Shown here: piece by piece, positions 26,052 to 35,642 of the stretch
Numbering within the stretch: position 1 is the first letter of the stretch
Layout: each line of letters opens with the position of its first letter
Assembly: GCA_009379925.1 (NCBI GenBank)
Contig: WHSU01000010.1
Span: forward strand, 18,023-82,022
Direction of reading: 5' to 3'
Length of the DNA: 64,000 bases
Origin: Dehalococcoidia bacterium
GTDB taxonomy: Bacteria; Chloroflexota; Dehalococcoidia; UBA2979
The notes under the pieces: generated by a model
The model's database searches: none
The model's input: only the letters and a program-made list of their open reading frames with translations
What the model was told of the DNA's origin: nothing
Made by a program: the position numbers and the translations under genes

Positions 26052-28589
26052 ATGCGTCGCCGCGTGATCCCCGTGCTCCTCGCGTTCGGACTGCTGACGG
26101 TGGTTGCCGTTGCCGCCCTCCCGGCCATGTGGAGCGTCCGCACGGCATCCGCCGCGCAGGCGGTCCAATGTGCCGCCGCGATCAACGGTGTGCCCGTCGA
26201 ACAGTACGGGACCTACGGACGCGCGCTGGAGCTGCGGCCGGACGACGTCGTGCGCGTGGACTTTGCCACCAACGCCGCGGTCCCAGTGTCCGGCACCGTC
26301 TCGGCTGAGCTCGGCCCGGTGACCATCCCGCTCGAGTCGTTCCAGACCGCGGGTGGCGTGTGGCAGTCAGACGTGAGCGCTGTGTCCGAACAGACACGGG
26401 GCACAGGGCTATACCGCGTCGTGTTCGACGCCGCGGGCTGCGGACCGATCTCTGGCTGGGTCAAGATTAGCGGCCGCAATCCCCTGACCACGCCCATCGG
26501 GGGTAGCGCGGCGGCGACCGTTGGCGCGGGCGCGATCGCAGTGGTCGGCGCCGCCATCCGAGGCGTGCGGTCGCGCAAGGGCCTCACCCTGGCCGTCGTC
26601 GGCGGCGCCCTGGGCGGCCTCGGCGCGTGTGTGCTCAACCAGCAGTTCGGCAACGCGCCCGTAACCTGGAGTTCGTGGGCGACGTGGACCGTCCCGTTCA
26701 CCGGCTTCGGCGTCGTGCTCAACGTCGGAGCCTCGACGCTCGGGCGACGCGGTGAGGAGGAGGGCGCCCCGGAGGGTGAAGGGGCAGCGCCTGATTCCGC
26801 CGGCCCGGGTCCGAGGGGGTCCACACCCTTCCCCTGGCCTCGGCCACCCTTCTCGCGTCGGAACGGCGCTGGAGCCGGTCGCCCGGAGCCCTCGTCGGCC
26901 CCTCCCGCTGCGCCGCCGAGCCAACCGACGCCTGCGGCGCCACCTGTCCCGCGAGCGGAGGAGGAGACAGCATCGCCCGTCGCCGAGGCTGGCACGGTCG
27001 CGGCGAACGGCGGGGTCGCTCAGCCGGAGACCCGCGAGGGGCAAGCCGGGCCAGACACGTACACCGCACACGGGCTGCTGGACTGCCCGCCAGTCGTGGT
27101 GGCGGCGCGCGAGTTCACGCTCGAGGTGGGTGTTGCACCGGAAGCAGCCACCGGTGTGGCCGGTGAGGCCTTCGAACTCCCTTCGCCAGGGACGGGGCGG
27201 TCGTACGAGTTGGTCGTCGACCTGGACATCCAGGGCTTCACGCTGCGGGCGGGCGAGTCGATGCGTCAGTCCCTGGTGATCAGCGACGCCGACCGCTATC
27301 CGACGACCGTGGTGCACCTGCTGGCGGCGTCACCGCAGGGCGCCGATCCGGACATCCGATCCGTGCGCGCGCTGTACGTCGTGGGGGGCGCGGTGCTGGG
27401 ATACGCCCGGCGACACATCGCGGTGGTGGCCACGGAAGCGAGCCTCGACGGTACCGCGGAACCGCCCGAGGACGAGGTCGGTACGGTCGCGATCCCAAGC
27501 CAGGGACCGGTCGCAGACCTGACGGTGGTGATTGAGGAAGACGAGCAAGCACGCGGGCGCCTGCGCTGGACATTGACGAGCCCGCACGCCTCCGGCGGCC
27601 CGACGGCACCGATGGTCACGGACATCGGCGCGGACCCGCAGCAGTTTGCCAGACAACTGGTGGACGGCGTGGGTGCCCGTGAGGGAAAGACAGGACTCGC
27701 CGCTTTCCTGTCGGGCGTCGGCAACACGATCGCCGAAGAGTTGCCCTCGGGCTTCTGGCCGGCCCTGCAGTCCGCCGCCGAGGCGGCACGCGCACAGGAC
27801 CGCCCGCCGACGGTGTTCATCCTCTCGGAGGAGCCGTACGTCCCCTGGGAACTGGCCACCGTCGAGCCGCGATTGGACCAGGCTGCCCCGCCCTTCCTCG
27901 GCGCACAGGCGCGCGTCGGGCGTTGGGTGCTGGGCACGCGCCGCCCGAAATTGCCACCACCGACCGAGGTGGCAGTCGCCTCCATGGCGGTCGTCAGCGG
28001 TGAGTACGCCCTGCCGGGTTGGAGCCGGCTGGCCGAGGCGGAGGCGGAAGCGGCGGCGCTCCAGTCACTGTACGGAGCGGTTCCGGTGAACGCGCTGACG
28101 GCCGATGTGTTGCAGTGCCTGCGCGGGACGCCACCCGCCGAGCTGCTGCACTTTGCGATGCACGGAATCTACGATCCCAACTCGACGTTGAACGGACTCG
28201 TGTTGGCGGACGGGCAGACCGTGGACCCGCTCCAGGTACGCGGACTGGCGTTCACCAACCCGCCATTCGTGTTCCTCAACGCCTGCCAGGTCGGGAGCTC
28301 GCAGCGCCTGCTCGGCGACTACGCGGGCCTGGCGGAGGCGTTCCTGTTCTCCGGCGCTGCCGGCGTCGTCGCGCCCCTGTGGTCGATTAAAGATGTGACC
28401 GCGCGCGAGATCGCCCTGCGCTTCTACGAGCAGACGTTCCAGGGCGTGCCGCCGGCCGAGATCCTGCGCCGCGAGCGTGGGGCCTTCGAAGGCGGCCCCG
28501 AGGACATTTCCGCAACCAGCCTCGCCTACCTGTTCTACGGCCATCCATCACTCCTGCTACGCAGGACCACGGGAGTCCTCGATGCCTGA
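26052..28589 (+). CDS. membrane-anchored CHAT domain (caspase-like) protease
   Basis: 845 aa with N-terminal TM helix 'VIPVLLAFGLLTVVAVAALPA'. About 125 aa follow, then three hydrophobic helices (res about 150-230) and a Pro/Ala-rich linker ('PFPWPRPPFSRR...APPAAPPSQPTPAAPPVPRA'). The C-terminal CHAT domain has 'ELLHFAMHGIYD' (His) and 'PPFVFLNACQVGSS' (Cys), followed by 'GAAGVVAPLWSIKDVTAREIALRFY'. Confidence 0.85.
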   Translation: MRRRVIPVLLAFGLLTVVAVAALPAMWSVRTASAAQAVQCAAAINGVPVEQYGTYGRALELRPDDVVRVDFATNAAVPVSGTVSAELGPVTIPLESFQTAGGVWQSDVSAVSEQTRGTGLYRVVFDAAGCGPISGWVKISGRNPLTTPIGGSAAATVGAGAIAVVGAAIRGVRSRKGLTLAVVGGALGGLGACVLNQQFGNAPVTWSSWATWTVPFTGFGVVLNVGASTLGRRGEEEGAPEGEGAAPDSAGPGPRGSTPFPWPRPPFSRRNGAGAGRPEPSSAPPAAPPSQPTPAAPPVPRAEEETASPVAEAGTVAANGGVAQPETREGQAGPDTYTAHGLLDCPPVVVAAREFTLEVGVAPEAATGVAGEAFELPSPGTGRSYELVVDLDIQGFTLRAGESMRQSLVISDADRYPTTVVHLLAASPQGADPDIRSVRALYVVGGAVLGYARRHIAVVATEASLDGTAEPPEDEVGTVAIPSQGPVADLTVVIEEDEQARGRLRWTLTSPHASGGPTAPMVTDIGADPQQFARQLVDGVGAREGKTGLAAFLSGVGNTIAEELPSGFWPALQSAAEAARAQDRPPTVFILSEEPYVPWELATVEPRLDQAAPPFLGAQARVGRWVLGTRRPKLPPPTEVAVASMAVVSGEYALPGWSRLAEAEAEAAALQSLYGAVPVNALTADVLQCLRGTPPAELLHFAMHGIYDPNSTLNGLVLADGQTVDPLQVRGLAFTNPPFVFLNACQVGSSQRLLGDYAGLAEAFLFSGAAGVVAPLWSIKDVTAREIALRFYEQTFQGVPPAEILRRERGAFEGGPEDISATSLAYLFYGHPSLLLRRTTGVLDA

Positions 28590-30054
28590 CCTCCAACCGA
28601 ACGGGAACCCGTTGCAATTGGGCCGCTCGACGCTGCGCACGCCCGGTCTGGCCGGGATCGCCGTGGCGCATACACCCGGCTCGGCCGGCATGCGCTCGGC
28701 GGAACGCACGGCGGGGGAGCTCGACGAGGCGCTAGCCACGGAGCACATACAGGTCGTCGAAACGATCGAGATCAGCAGAACACGGGAGGTGCCCTCCGGC
28801 GCTGGTGTGACGCGGAGCACGACCCTAGGTGAGCCCGCTATCGAGCTTACGGTCCCGGACCCCGGCCCTGACTGGGGGCAGGTCGTGCTCGCGGTCGACG
28901 AGTCCGGCGTGGCGACGTGGAACATTGCACGAGATGAGCAGGGCGCCGTGGACGTCACCCGGGGTGGCAGCACACGGACGTACGTGATCCGGCGCCAGGT
29001 CCCGCCGGTGGCACCGGCGGCGGAGACCCGCGGGCTGCTCGGCGCCGTGGGCTCGAAGGTGCTGAAGGTACTGGTCTTCCCCCTCGTTGACCCGATCGTC
29101 GGCGAGATCAGCGACACGCTGGCGGGGCGCTGGGAAGCTGTGAACCGGCCGTACCGGCTGCGTACCTTCACGACCGATGACTACCGGTCCGCCGAGGCAG
29201 GGACGATCGACGACGACGCCTGGGCCCGTCTGCAGGGTGGACGTGCGCTCCTGCTTCTCCACGGCACCTTCAGCCGTGCGCACTCCGCGTTCGGAGGGCT
29301 TCCGCCGGACTTCGTCGCGTGGCTGCACGAACGCTACGAGGGCCGTGTCTTCGCATTCGACCACTACACGCTGTCGCAGGATCCGCGCGAGAACGCGGAA
29401 TGGCTGGTCGCACAAGTCCCTCCCGGGGCACACCTCGAGCTGGACACCATCGGTCATTCGCGGGGCGGCCTGGTCAGCCGCGTGTTGTCTGAGCAGGGAG
29501 ATGCACTCGCGCTGGGGGATCGAAGCGTCGAGGTGGCGCGAGCGATCCACCTCGCCACGCCGAGCGCCGGCACCGTACTCGTGGACGCGAAGCACCTCGG
29601 CGAGCTGGTTGACACGGTGACGAACCTGTTGAGCTTCTTCCCGGACAATGGCGTGACGGATGTCCTACAGACGGTCATCACGGTGGTCAAGCAGCTGGCA
29701 GTTGGCGCGGTGGGCGGACTCTCCGGGCTCAGCGCCATGTTGCCTGACGGGCCGTTCCTGCACGCCCTCAACGATTCCCCAAAGGCGGGTGGGCGGTATT
29801 ACGCGGTGGCCGCCGACTATGAGCCGGGGGAGGCAGACGGGCTGGCGAGCTACGCGCGTGACGTCCTACACGACCGCATATTCGGCGCCGAGAACGACCT
29901 GGTGATTCCTACCGCCAGCGGGTGGGACGCCAAGGGCAGCGCCAACTTCCCGATCGAGGACCGTCAAGTCTTCCGCGCCCTGGACGCGGTCCCGCACAAC
30001 GCGTTGGTGCGGAACACCGCTACGCTCGAGCAGATACGAGCCTGGCTTGCCTAG
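28582..30054 (+). CDS. alpha/beta-fold serine hydrolase (lipase/esterase-like) with about 190-aa unassigned N-terminal region
   Basis: The ATG at 28582 overlaps the CHAT stop by 8 nt (ATGCCTGA). 'RALLLLHGTFSRAHSAFGG', then 'LELDTIGHSRGGLVSRVL' (G-x-S-x-G nucleophile elbow) and 'ENDLVIPTASG' (acid-residue strand). No signal peptide. Confidence 0.8.
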   Translation: MPDLQPNGNPLQLGRSTLRTPGLAGIAVAHTPGSAGMRSAERTAGELDEALATEHIQVVETIEISRTREVPSGAGVTRSTTLGEPAIELTVPDPGPDWGQVVLAVDESGVATWNIARDEQGAVDVTRGGSTRTYVIRRQVPPVAPAAETRGLLGAVGSKVLKVLVFPLVDPIVGEISDTLAGRWEAVNRPYRLRTFTTDDYRSAEAGTIDDDAWARLQGGRALLLLHGTFSRAHSAFGGLPPDFVAWLHERYEGRVFAFDHYTLSQDPRENAEWLVAQVPPGAHLELDTIGHSRGGLVSRVLSEQGDALALGDRSVEVARAIHLATPSAGTVLVDAKHLGELVDTVTNLLSFFPDNGVTDVLQTVITVVKQLAVGAVGGLSGLSAMLPDGPFLHALNDSPKAGGRYYAVAADYEPGEADGLASYARDVLHDRIFGAENDLVIPTASGWDAKGSANFPIEDRQVFRALDAVPHNALVRNTATLEQIRAWLA

Positions 30055-30103
30055 TCGCGGCGCGAGCCGGACGGTCATCGAGGCTGCTCGCTCGCCCTCA
30101 CCG

Positions 30104-31126
30104 CTACGGCGGCGCGGAGATGCGCCCCACGAGGCCGGCGTCGATGTGGCCTGCGTGATACATCCAGCGCAGCGTCTCCTCGATGGTGACCTGAGTCTCG
30201 CGAGCCCATAGTCCGAACTCGGCCTGGGTGGCCGAGTCGTCCCAGCCGGGAGCCTGATGCACGGAGTACGCGTTCTGGTAATTGAGCGGCAGCCGGATCG
30301 GCGCGATGCGCTGGAGCGCATCGAGGGCGCGCAGCATGGGTAGCACGAGCCGGGCTGGCAGCGACACCGTCCACAGCCGGCGTCCCGTCGCCTGTTCGAG
30401 GAGGTGCAGGAATTGGCCCAGCGTTACCGTCGTGCCGGGCGCGAGGTAGCGCCGCGGGCCGCGGCCGGCCTCGAGGGCTGCGGCATGCAGGGCGGCGACA
30501 TCGCGCACGTCGGAGATGACGAAGCCGCCGGGGATGGAGAGTCGGTACGCCCCGCGCAGCGCGTCATTGGCGCTTCGCGCGCTCTCTCCCAGGTGCGGGT
30601 CGTGCGGTCCCCAGACGGAGCCGGGGTAGGTGGTCACCACCGGCGCCCCCTGCTCCTGGAAGCGCCGTGCGACGCGCTCGGAGTCGGCCTTCGAGCGGAG
30701 GTAAGCGCCGGGCGGATCGGACACGGGTGAGTCCGGGCGTCGGACCGCGCCGGCCGGGCCGCCGAGCGCGACCACGCTGGACACATAAATGATCGGGTCG
30801 AGTCCCTCGGCCGCAGCGCTCCCGAGCACGATCTCCGTGCCACGCACGTTCGTCTCCCGCACGATGCTGTCCCGCCGCGTGTCGAGCGAGTACACAGAGG
30901 CGGCATGGAGGACCGCGTCGCAGCCGTGCATGGCCGAGCGCACCACCCCCTCGTCGGTCACGTCGCCCAGCACGACCTCCGGCTCGAAGGCGCCGAGCGG
31001 GTCGAGCGCCGGCGCCACACGCTCCGGCGAGCGCGCGAGCAACCGGACGGTGTGCCCGGCGCGGATGATCGCCGCGACGGAGTGGGAGCCGACGAACCCC
31101 GTCCCCCCGGTGACCAGCACCTTCAT
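30104..31126 (-). CDS. NAD-dependent epimerase/dehydratase (extended SDR) family protein
   Basis: 340 aa with 'MKVLVTGGTGFVGSHSVAAII' (Rossmann TGxxGxxG) and 'YLRSKADSE' (YxxxK). Confidence 0.88.
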   Translation of the reverse strand: MKVLVTGGTGFVGSHSVAAIIRAGHTVRLLARSPERVAPALDPLGAFEPEVVLGDVTDEGVVRSAMHGCDAVLHAASVYSLDTRRDSIVRETNVRGTEIVLGSAAAEGLDPIIYVSSVVALGGPAGAVRRPDSPVSDPPGAYLRSKADSERVARRFQEQGAPVVTTYPGSVWGPHDPHLGESARSANDALRGAYRLSIPGGFVISDVRDVAALHAAALEAGRGPRRYLAPGTTVTLGQFLHLLEQATGRRLWTVSLPARLVLPMLRALDALQRIAPIRLPLNYQNAYSVHQAPGWDDSATQAEFGLWARETQVTIEETLRWMYHAGHIDAGLVGRISAPP

Positions 31127-31491
31127 CTGTCACCCCTTCCCGTCCTTTGACGGTATCTCCTATACCGCGCGTGGGGCTCGGCGTATCTCCTCATGGTGTC
31201 ACCAAGATCAGCGGTCCACGTGCTACTCTCCGTCGGACTTGCGGAGACGTGGATGACGGCCCACCCACAACTCGCCGGAGCACTCGCGTGCTGGTGCGCT
31301 GAGCGGCAGCCTCGCGCATGCAGCCGGCCGCGACCACGTGGACTCGTGATGCGGCGATCCGGCAGGCCTCAGCGTCCCATCTCCCCTCGACACAGTCCGC
31401 CTCGATTCGGGGCCTGGTCTCGCGCGTGCCCGCCGTCCGCGGCGCTGCGCGGGCGACTCAGCAAGTTCGGCTAGTGGAACAGGTATCCGAT

Positions 31492-32883
31492 ATGACGACC
31501 ACAGACCAGGCGAGGACCAGCAGATCCGCCCCGCGATCCAACCATGTGACCAACTGGGGCAAGGACGTTGTGTCGTTCCCTCAAGCCGTCGTGCACGCGG
31601 AGCGGGTGGAGGACATCATCGCGGTGATGCGCGACCGCGAGCACTACCCCTCGCCAGTGCGTGCGGTTGGTTCGAACCACTCGACGACTCACTGTGGTGT
31701 GGCGGACGAGGGCACCCTGATCGACATGCGGGGCATGGACCGCATCCTGCACGTTGGGGACGACTATGTGGTGGTCGAGGCAGGCGCGCTGTACATCGAT
31801 GTCGCGAAGGAGCTGGAACGCCATGGCCTCCAGTTCTTCGTCAATGTGGAGCTGGGGAATCTGAGCATCGGCAGCGCCGCCTGTGGCGGGACGAAGGACG
31901 CCTCGATGCCCGGCGAGTTCGGGCAGGTGGCCTCCTACGCCACCGCGATGAAGATCGTGACGCCAAGTGGCGAGATCGTGGAGGTCACGGAGGACGACCC
32001 GGAGTTGCTGCAGGTCGCCCGCTCCAGTTACGGGCTGTTCGGCGTTGTCTACGAAGTGACGTTCCGCGTGCAGCAGCTGCGCCCCATGGCGGTGCACCAC
32101 GACACTTACAGCCTGGACGAGTTCGAGCGCGCGCTGCCCGAGCTCCGCAACCGGGGAGAGGCGATGATGATGTACATCTCGCCACACCTGGATACCATCA
32201 CCGTCGAGTTCCGGCGCTACCGTGACGTGCCGCTGAAACGACCTTCGCACTGGCAGTGGCGGCTGCGCAACATCGTCTGGAGCACGCTCGCGCCGACCTA
32301 CGGGCGTTTCGTCAGTTCCTTCATCCCGTTCAGGCGGCCTCGCTACTTCTTCGTGGACCGCCTGGGGCAGGCGATCAACTTCGTACTGAGGAACGTGATG
32401 CGGAGCGACAATACCGTCGCCACGGACCAGCTGATCCGCTACGGGGCTACCGGCGGGTACAGCGCCTACACGTTCAGCATCTGGGCGTTCCGGGAAGACG
32501 AGTACGTCGACATCCTGCGCGAGTACTTCCGCTGGGTGGGGGACTACTATCAGCGGACGGGCTACCGCTGCGACCTGCTGCACGTGGGCTACCGAATCGC
32601 CTATGACACCAGCTCGTTGTTCTCGTATACCTCGGAACACACGGTCATGACGATCGACCCCGTGTCCACGGGGAACCCCGGCTGGGACCAGTTCCTGGTG
32701 TCGTACAACGAGTTCTGCAGCCAGCGTGGTGGCGTGCCGCTGTTCAACCAGACGAAGTGGCTGACACGCGAGCAGGTGGAGCGCGCCTTCGGCGACCGTG
32801 TGGAGACGTTCCGAGCCTACCGCCGGCGCTTCGACCCGGACGACCGGATGCTCAACGACTACTTCCGCAACGTGCTGGCATAG
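31492..32883 (+). CDS. FAD-binding (PCMH/VAO-type) oxidoreductase
   Basis: About 463 aa. 'VVHAERVEDIIAVMRDREHYPSPVRAVGSNHSTTHCGVADEGTLIDMRGMDRIL...VVVEAGALYIDVAKELERHGLQF' is the FAD_binding_4 pattern of sugar-lactone/alditol-oxidase-like enzymes. Confidence 0.8.
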   Translation: MTTTDQARTSRSAPRSNHVTNWGKDVVSFPQAVVHAERVEDIIAVMRDREHYPSPVRAVGSNHSTTHCGVADEGTLIDMRGMDRILHVGDDYVVVEAGALYIDVAKELERHGLQFFVNVELGNLSIGSAACGGTKDASMPGEFGQVASYATAMKIVTPSGEIVEVTEDDPELLQVARSSYGLFGVVYEVTFRVQQLRPMAVHHDTYSLDEFERALPELRNRGEAMMMYISPHLDTITVEFRRYRDVPLKRPSHWQWRLRNIVWSTLAPTYGRFVSSFIPFRRPRYFFVDRLGQAINFVLRNVMRSDNTVATDQLIRYGATGGYSAYTFSIWAFREDEYVDILREYFRWVGDYYQRTGYRCDLLHVGYRIAYDTSSLFSYTSEHTVMTIDPVSTGNPGWDQFLVSYNEFCSQRGGVPLFNQTKWLTREQVERAFGDRVETFRAYRRRFDPDDRMLNDYFRNVLA

Positions 32884-32942
32884 ACGGCGACGAAACGACG
32901 GCCGGTCCAGGAGGCGACGACGGCCGCGGAGAGGGAGACCCC

Positions 32943-33455
32943 ATGGCCCAACCGCAGGGCGCCCATCCGCCGGTAGGTTCACCGGGGGCGGACACGGAGG
33001 CAGTCGCGCGCAGCTACTTCGAACGGCTGATCAACCAGCATGACGTGGCGTTCGCGACCACCCTGTTCGACCCGGCGATCGGGTTCCATGACCCCGCCAT
33101 CCCGGGTGGCGGGCTGAACGGGATCCCCCAGGTACAGCGGTTCTTCGAGACGTTCTTCGACACGTTTCCGGACGTGCACTTCGAGATGAAGGAGTTCTTC
33201 GTCGACGGCAACCAGGTCGCGGTCGGATTCATATGGACGGGGACGCACCGCGCCAAGCTGTTTGGCATCACGCTGTCGGAGCGCCATGTCATCGTGCCGG
33301 GGATCGACATCTTTCACATCGCGAACGGCAGGATCACGTCGGTACAGGTCGCGTTCGACCCGCTGGACCTGCTCCTGCAATTCGGTGGCGTCCGGGGCGT
33401 CCTCGCACGCACCGTCGTGCCAGCCGTACGCAGGCTGTGGCTCGGGCGCCTGTAA
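32943..33455 (+). CDS. SnoaL-like / ester cyclase (NTF2-fold) protein
   Basis: 170 aa from 'MAQPQG'. 'VARSYFERLINQHDVAFATTLFDPAIGFHDP...GIPQVQRFFETFFDTFPDVHFEMKEFFVDGNQVAVGFIWTGTHRAKLFGI...GIDIFHIANGRITS' is the typical SnoaL/ester-cyclase pattern. Confidence 0.8.
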   Translation: MAQPQGAHPPVGSPGADTEAVARSYFERLINQHDVAFATTLFDPAIGFHDPAIPGGGLNGIPQVQRFFETFFDTFPDVHFEMKEFFVDGNQVAVGFIWTGTHRAKLFGITLSERHVIVPGIDIFHIANGRITSVQVAFDPLDLLLQFGGVRGVLARTVVPAVRRLWLGRL

Positions 33456-33729
33456 GAGTTATTGACATTCGGTGGCTCTGAATGGTTGACCACAATCACT
33501 TGCAAAGCGGTGGGATCCAGCGACAAGATGCGGATAGTGGGGCCGGCGATGACCATTCGCGAGATGTGTCGAGCTGATGTGGCTCCCTGACTGAGAGGCC
33601 GGCCGTGGACTTCGCCACCCTGACGTGTTCGGCGCGCACTCAGCCGCCGAGGCAGGCGCTCGATGCGCCGGCCGCCGCGCGCCCCTGTCCGGTGCCCTCG
33701 ACGCACCGCGGGACGGACGGGCCGCGGCG

Positions 33730-35547
33730 ATGAGACGACTACCTGCCCGGATCATCGCGCGTATCGTGCTGCTCCCCACGGCAATCCGGCCGTGGCATCG
33801 CTGGCCATCCTTGATCGGCGAGGTGATGCTCGGGCTCGGGCTTCGCGCGGACCTGCGCCAGCACAACCTCCACGACGTCAGGCGAAACGCCCCACCCGTT
33901 GGCCCGGCACGCCGCGCCCGGGAGGAGCGAGACCGGTCCCGCGATGCCCTCGGCCGGCGAAACGACCTCAACGACGACGACATGGGAATGGTGCAAGGGC
34001 GCTTCGGCCGCAACTTTCCGCCCGAGCGCACGTGGCCGGAGCCGATGCCTCGGATCATGGAGCCGAACCCTCGGACGGTGAGCCGGGAGTTGCTGGCGCG
34101 CGACGAGTTCCAACCGGCCACGTCGCTAAACGTGCTGGCCGCCGCCTGGATCCAGTTCATGGTGCACGGCTGGTTCAACCACGGGAACCCTATCCGTGAA
34201 GACCCGTGGAAGATCCCCCTCGCTCCGGACGACACATGGCCGGAGGGCTTTCGCCTGGACGGAGCGCTGCCGATCCGTCGGACGCGGCCCGACCCGACCT
34301 GGTCCGAGGCCGAAGGACGCCCGCCGACGTATCGCACTTCCACGACCCACTGGTGGGATGGCTCACAGCTTTACGGCAGCGATCCCGAGCGGCTTGCGAG
34401 CGTCCGCGGAGGCGCCCCGGACGGACACATCGCATTGACGCCGGAAGGACTGCTGCCCTACGACCCCGAGCGGAAGGTGGATCACACCGGCTTCAACGAC
34501 GACTACTGGCTTGGACTCAGCCTGCTGCACACGCTGTTTGCCAGGGAGCACAATGCGATCTGCGACCGCCTGAGGCAGGAGTATCCCGGCTGGAGCGACG
34601 ACCAGCTATTTCAGCACGCGCAGCTCATCAACAGCGCGCTGATGGCAAAGATCCACACTGTGGAGTGGACCCCAGCGATGCTGCCGCACGCCGCTGTGAC
34701 CAGGGGCATGCACTCCTCCTGGTATGGCCTGCTCGGGCCGCGCTTCCGCCGCCGGTTCCGCGGCAAGCACTTCGGCGACATCCTGAGCGGGATGCCCGGG
34801 TCCAGCCGCGATCACTTCGATGTGCCGTACTCGCTGACCGAGGAGTTCGTCGCTGTATACCGCATGCACCCCCTGGTCCCCGACCGCTTCGCCATCCGCA
34901 GCGCCGCGGACGACACGGCGATCAAGGACCTCCCGTTCTACGACGTGCAGGGCGCCAACACGCGCGGCGTGATGGACTCGATCGCCATGGCGGACCTCAT
35001 CTACTCGCTGGGGACAAGCCACCCGGGCGCCATCACCCTGCACAACCACCCGTCGGGGCTGCGGGAATTCGCGAAGGTCACCGACGGCGAGACGATCATG
35101 ATCGACCTCGCCGCGCTCGACGTGATGCGCGACCGCGAGCGCGGCGTCCCTCGTTACAACGACTTCCGGGAGGGACTGCGCATGCCGCGCGTGAAACGGT
35201 TCGAGGACCTCACGGACAACCCGGAGTGGGCTGAACAACTGCGGCGCGTCTACGAGGGCGATGTCGACCGGGTAGACGCGATGGTTGGCATGCTGGCAGA
35301 GCCGCTGCTCCCGGGCTTCGCGTTCAGCGAGACGGCGTTCCGCATCTTCATCCTGATGGCGGGCCGGCGGATCACGAGCGACCGGTTCCTGACGGACGAC
35401 TACAAGGCCGACGTGTACACCCAGACCGGGCTCGACTGGATCGACAACAACACGCTGTCGAGCGTCGTCCTCCGGCACTTCCCTCAACTGGCGCCGGCGC
35501 TGCGTGGCATGCCGAACGCGTTCGCGCCGTGGCACCGCCGCGCGTAG
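33730..35547 (+). CDS. animal-haem-peroxidase superfamily enzyme, cyclooxygenase/alpha-dioxygenase-like (probable fatty-acid dioxygenase)
   Basis: About 605 aa. 'LNVLAAAWIQFMVHGWFNHG' holds the distal His (codon 34165-34167). 'HTLFAREHN' is present. 'LTEEFVAVYRMHPLVPD' holds Tyr 34858-34860 and the proximal His 34867-34869, with the Y-x-x-H spacing of COX 'YHWHPL' and plant alpha-DOX 'VYRMHSLLP'. Confidence 0.85.
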   Translation: MRRLPARIIARIVLLPTAIRPWHRWPSLIGEVMLGLGLRADLRQHNLHDVRRNAPPVGPARRAREERDRSRDALGRRNDLNDDDMGMVQGRFGRNFPPERTWPEPMPRIMEPNPRTVSRELLARDEFQPATSLNVLAAAWIQFMVHGWFNHGNPIREDPWKIPLAPDDTWPEGFRLDGALPIRRTRPDPTWSEAEGRPPTYRTSTTHWWDGSQLYGSDPERLASVRGGAPDGHIALTPEGLLPYDPERKVDHTGFNDDYWLGLSLLHTLFAREHNAICDRLRQEYPGWSDDQLFQHAQLINSALMAKIHTVEWTPAMLPHAAVTRGMHSSWYGLLGPRFRRRFRGKHFGDILSGMPGSSRDHFDVPYSLTEEFVAVYRMHPLVPDRFAIRSAADDTAIKDLPFYDVQGANTRGVMDSIAMADLIYSLGTSHPGAITLHNHPSGLREFAKVTDGETIMIDLAALDVMRDRERGVPRYNDFREGLRMPRVKRFEDLTDNPEWAEQLRRVYEGDVDRVDAMVGMLAEPLLPGFAFSETAFRIFILMAGRRITSDRFLTDDYKADVYTQTGLDWIDNNTLSSVVLRHFPQLAPALRGMPNAFAPWHRRA

Positions 35548-35642
35548 CGGCCGCGCCTCGTCCGCGTTGAGGGCGTCCGCGCCGCCCTCGGAGGGTGCGG
35601 GCACGGCCGGCCGGCGACCCTCCGAGGTCCATGGGAGTCCGA

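Noticed and set aside
26740-27060. Pro/Ala-rich segment of the CHAT gene as a DNA tandem repeat
   Set aside because: It is low-complexity at the protein level, but I could not find a repeating DNA unit. It is interpreted as a flexible linker.
31471-32982. 503-aa ORF antisense to the FAD oxidase gene
   Set aside because: An antisense shadow frame of a well-supported gene. The composition is dominated by R, H, V and P, and no motifs are present.
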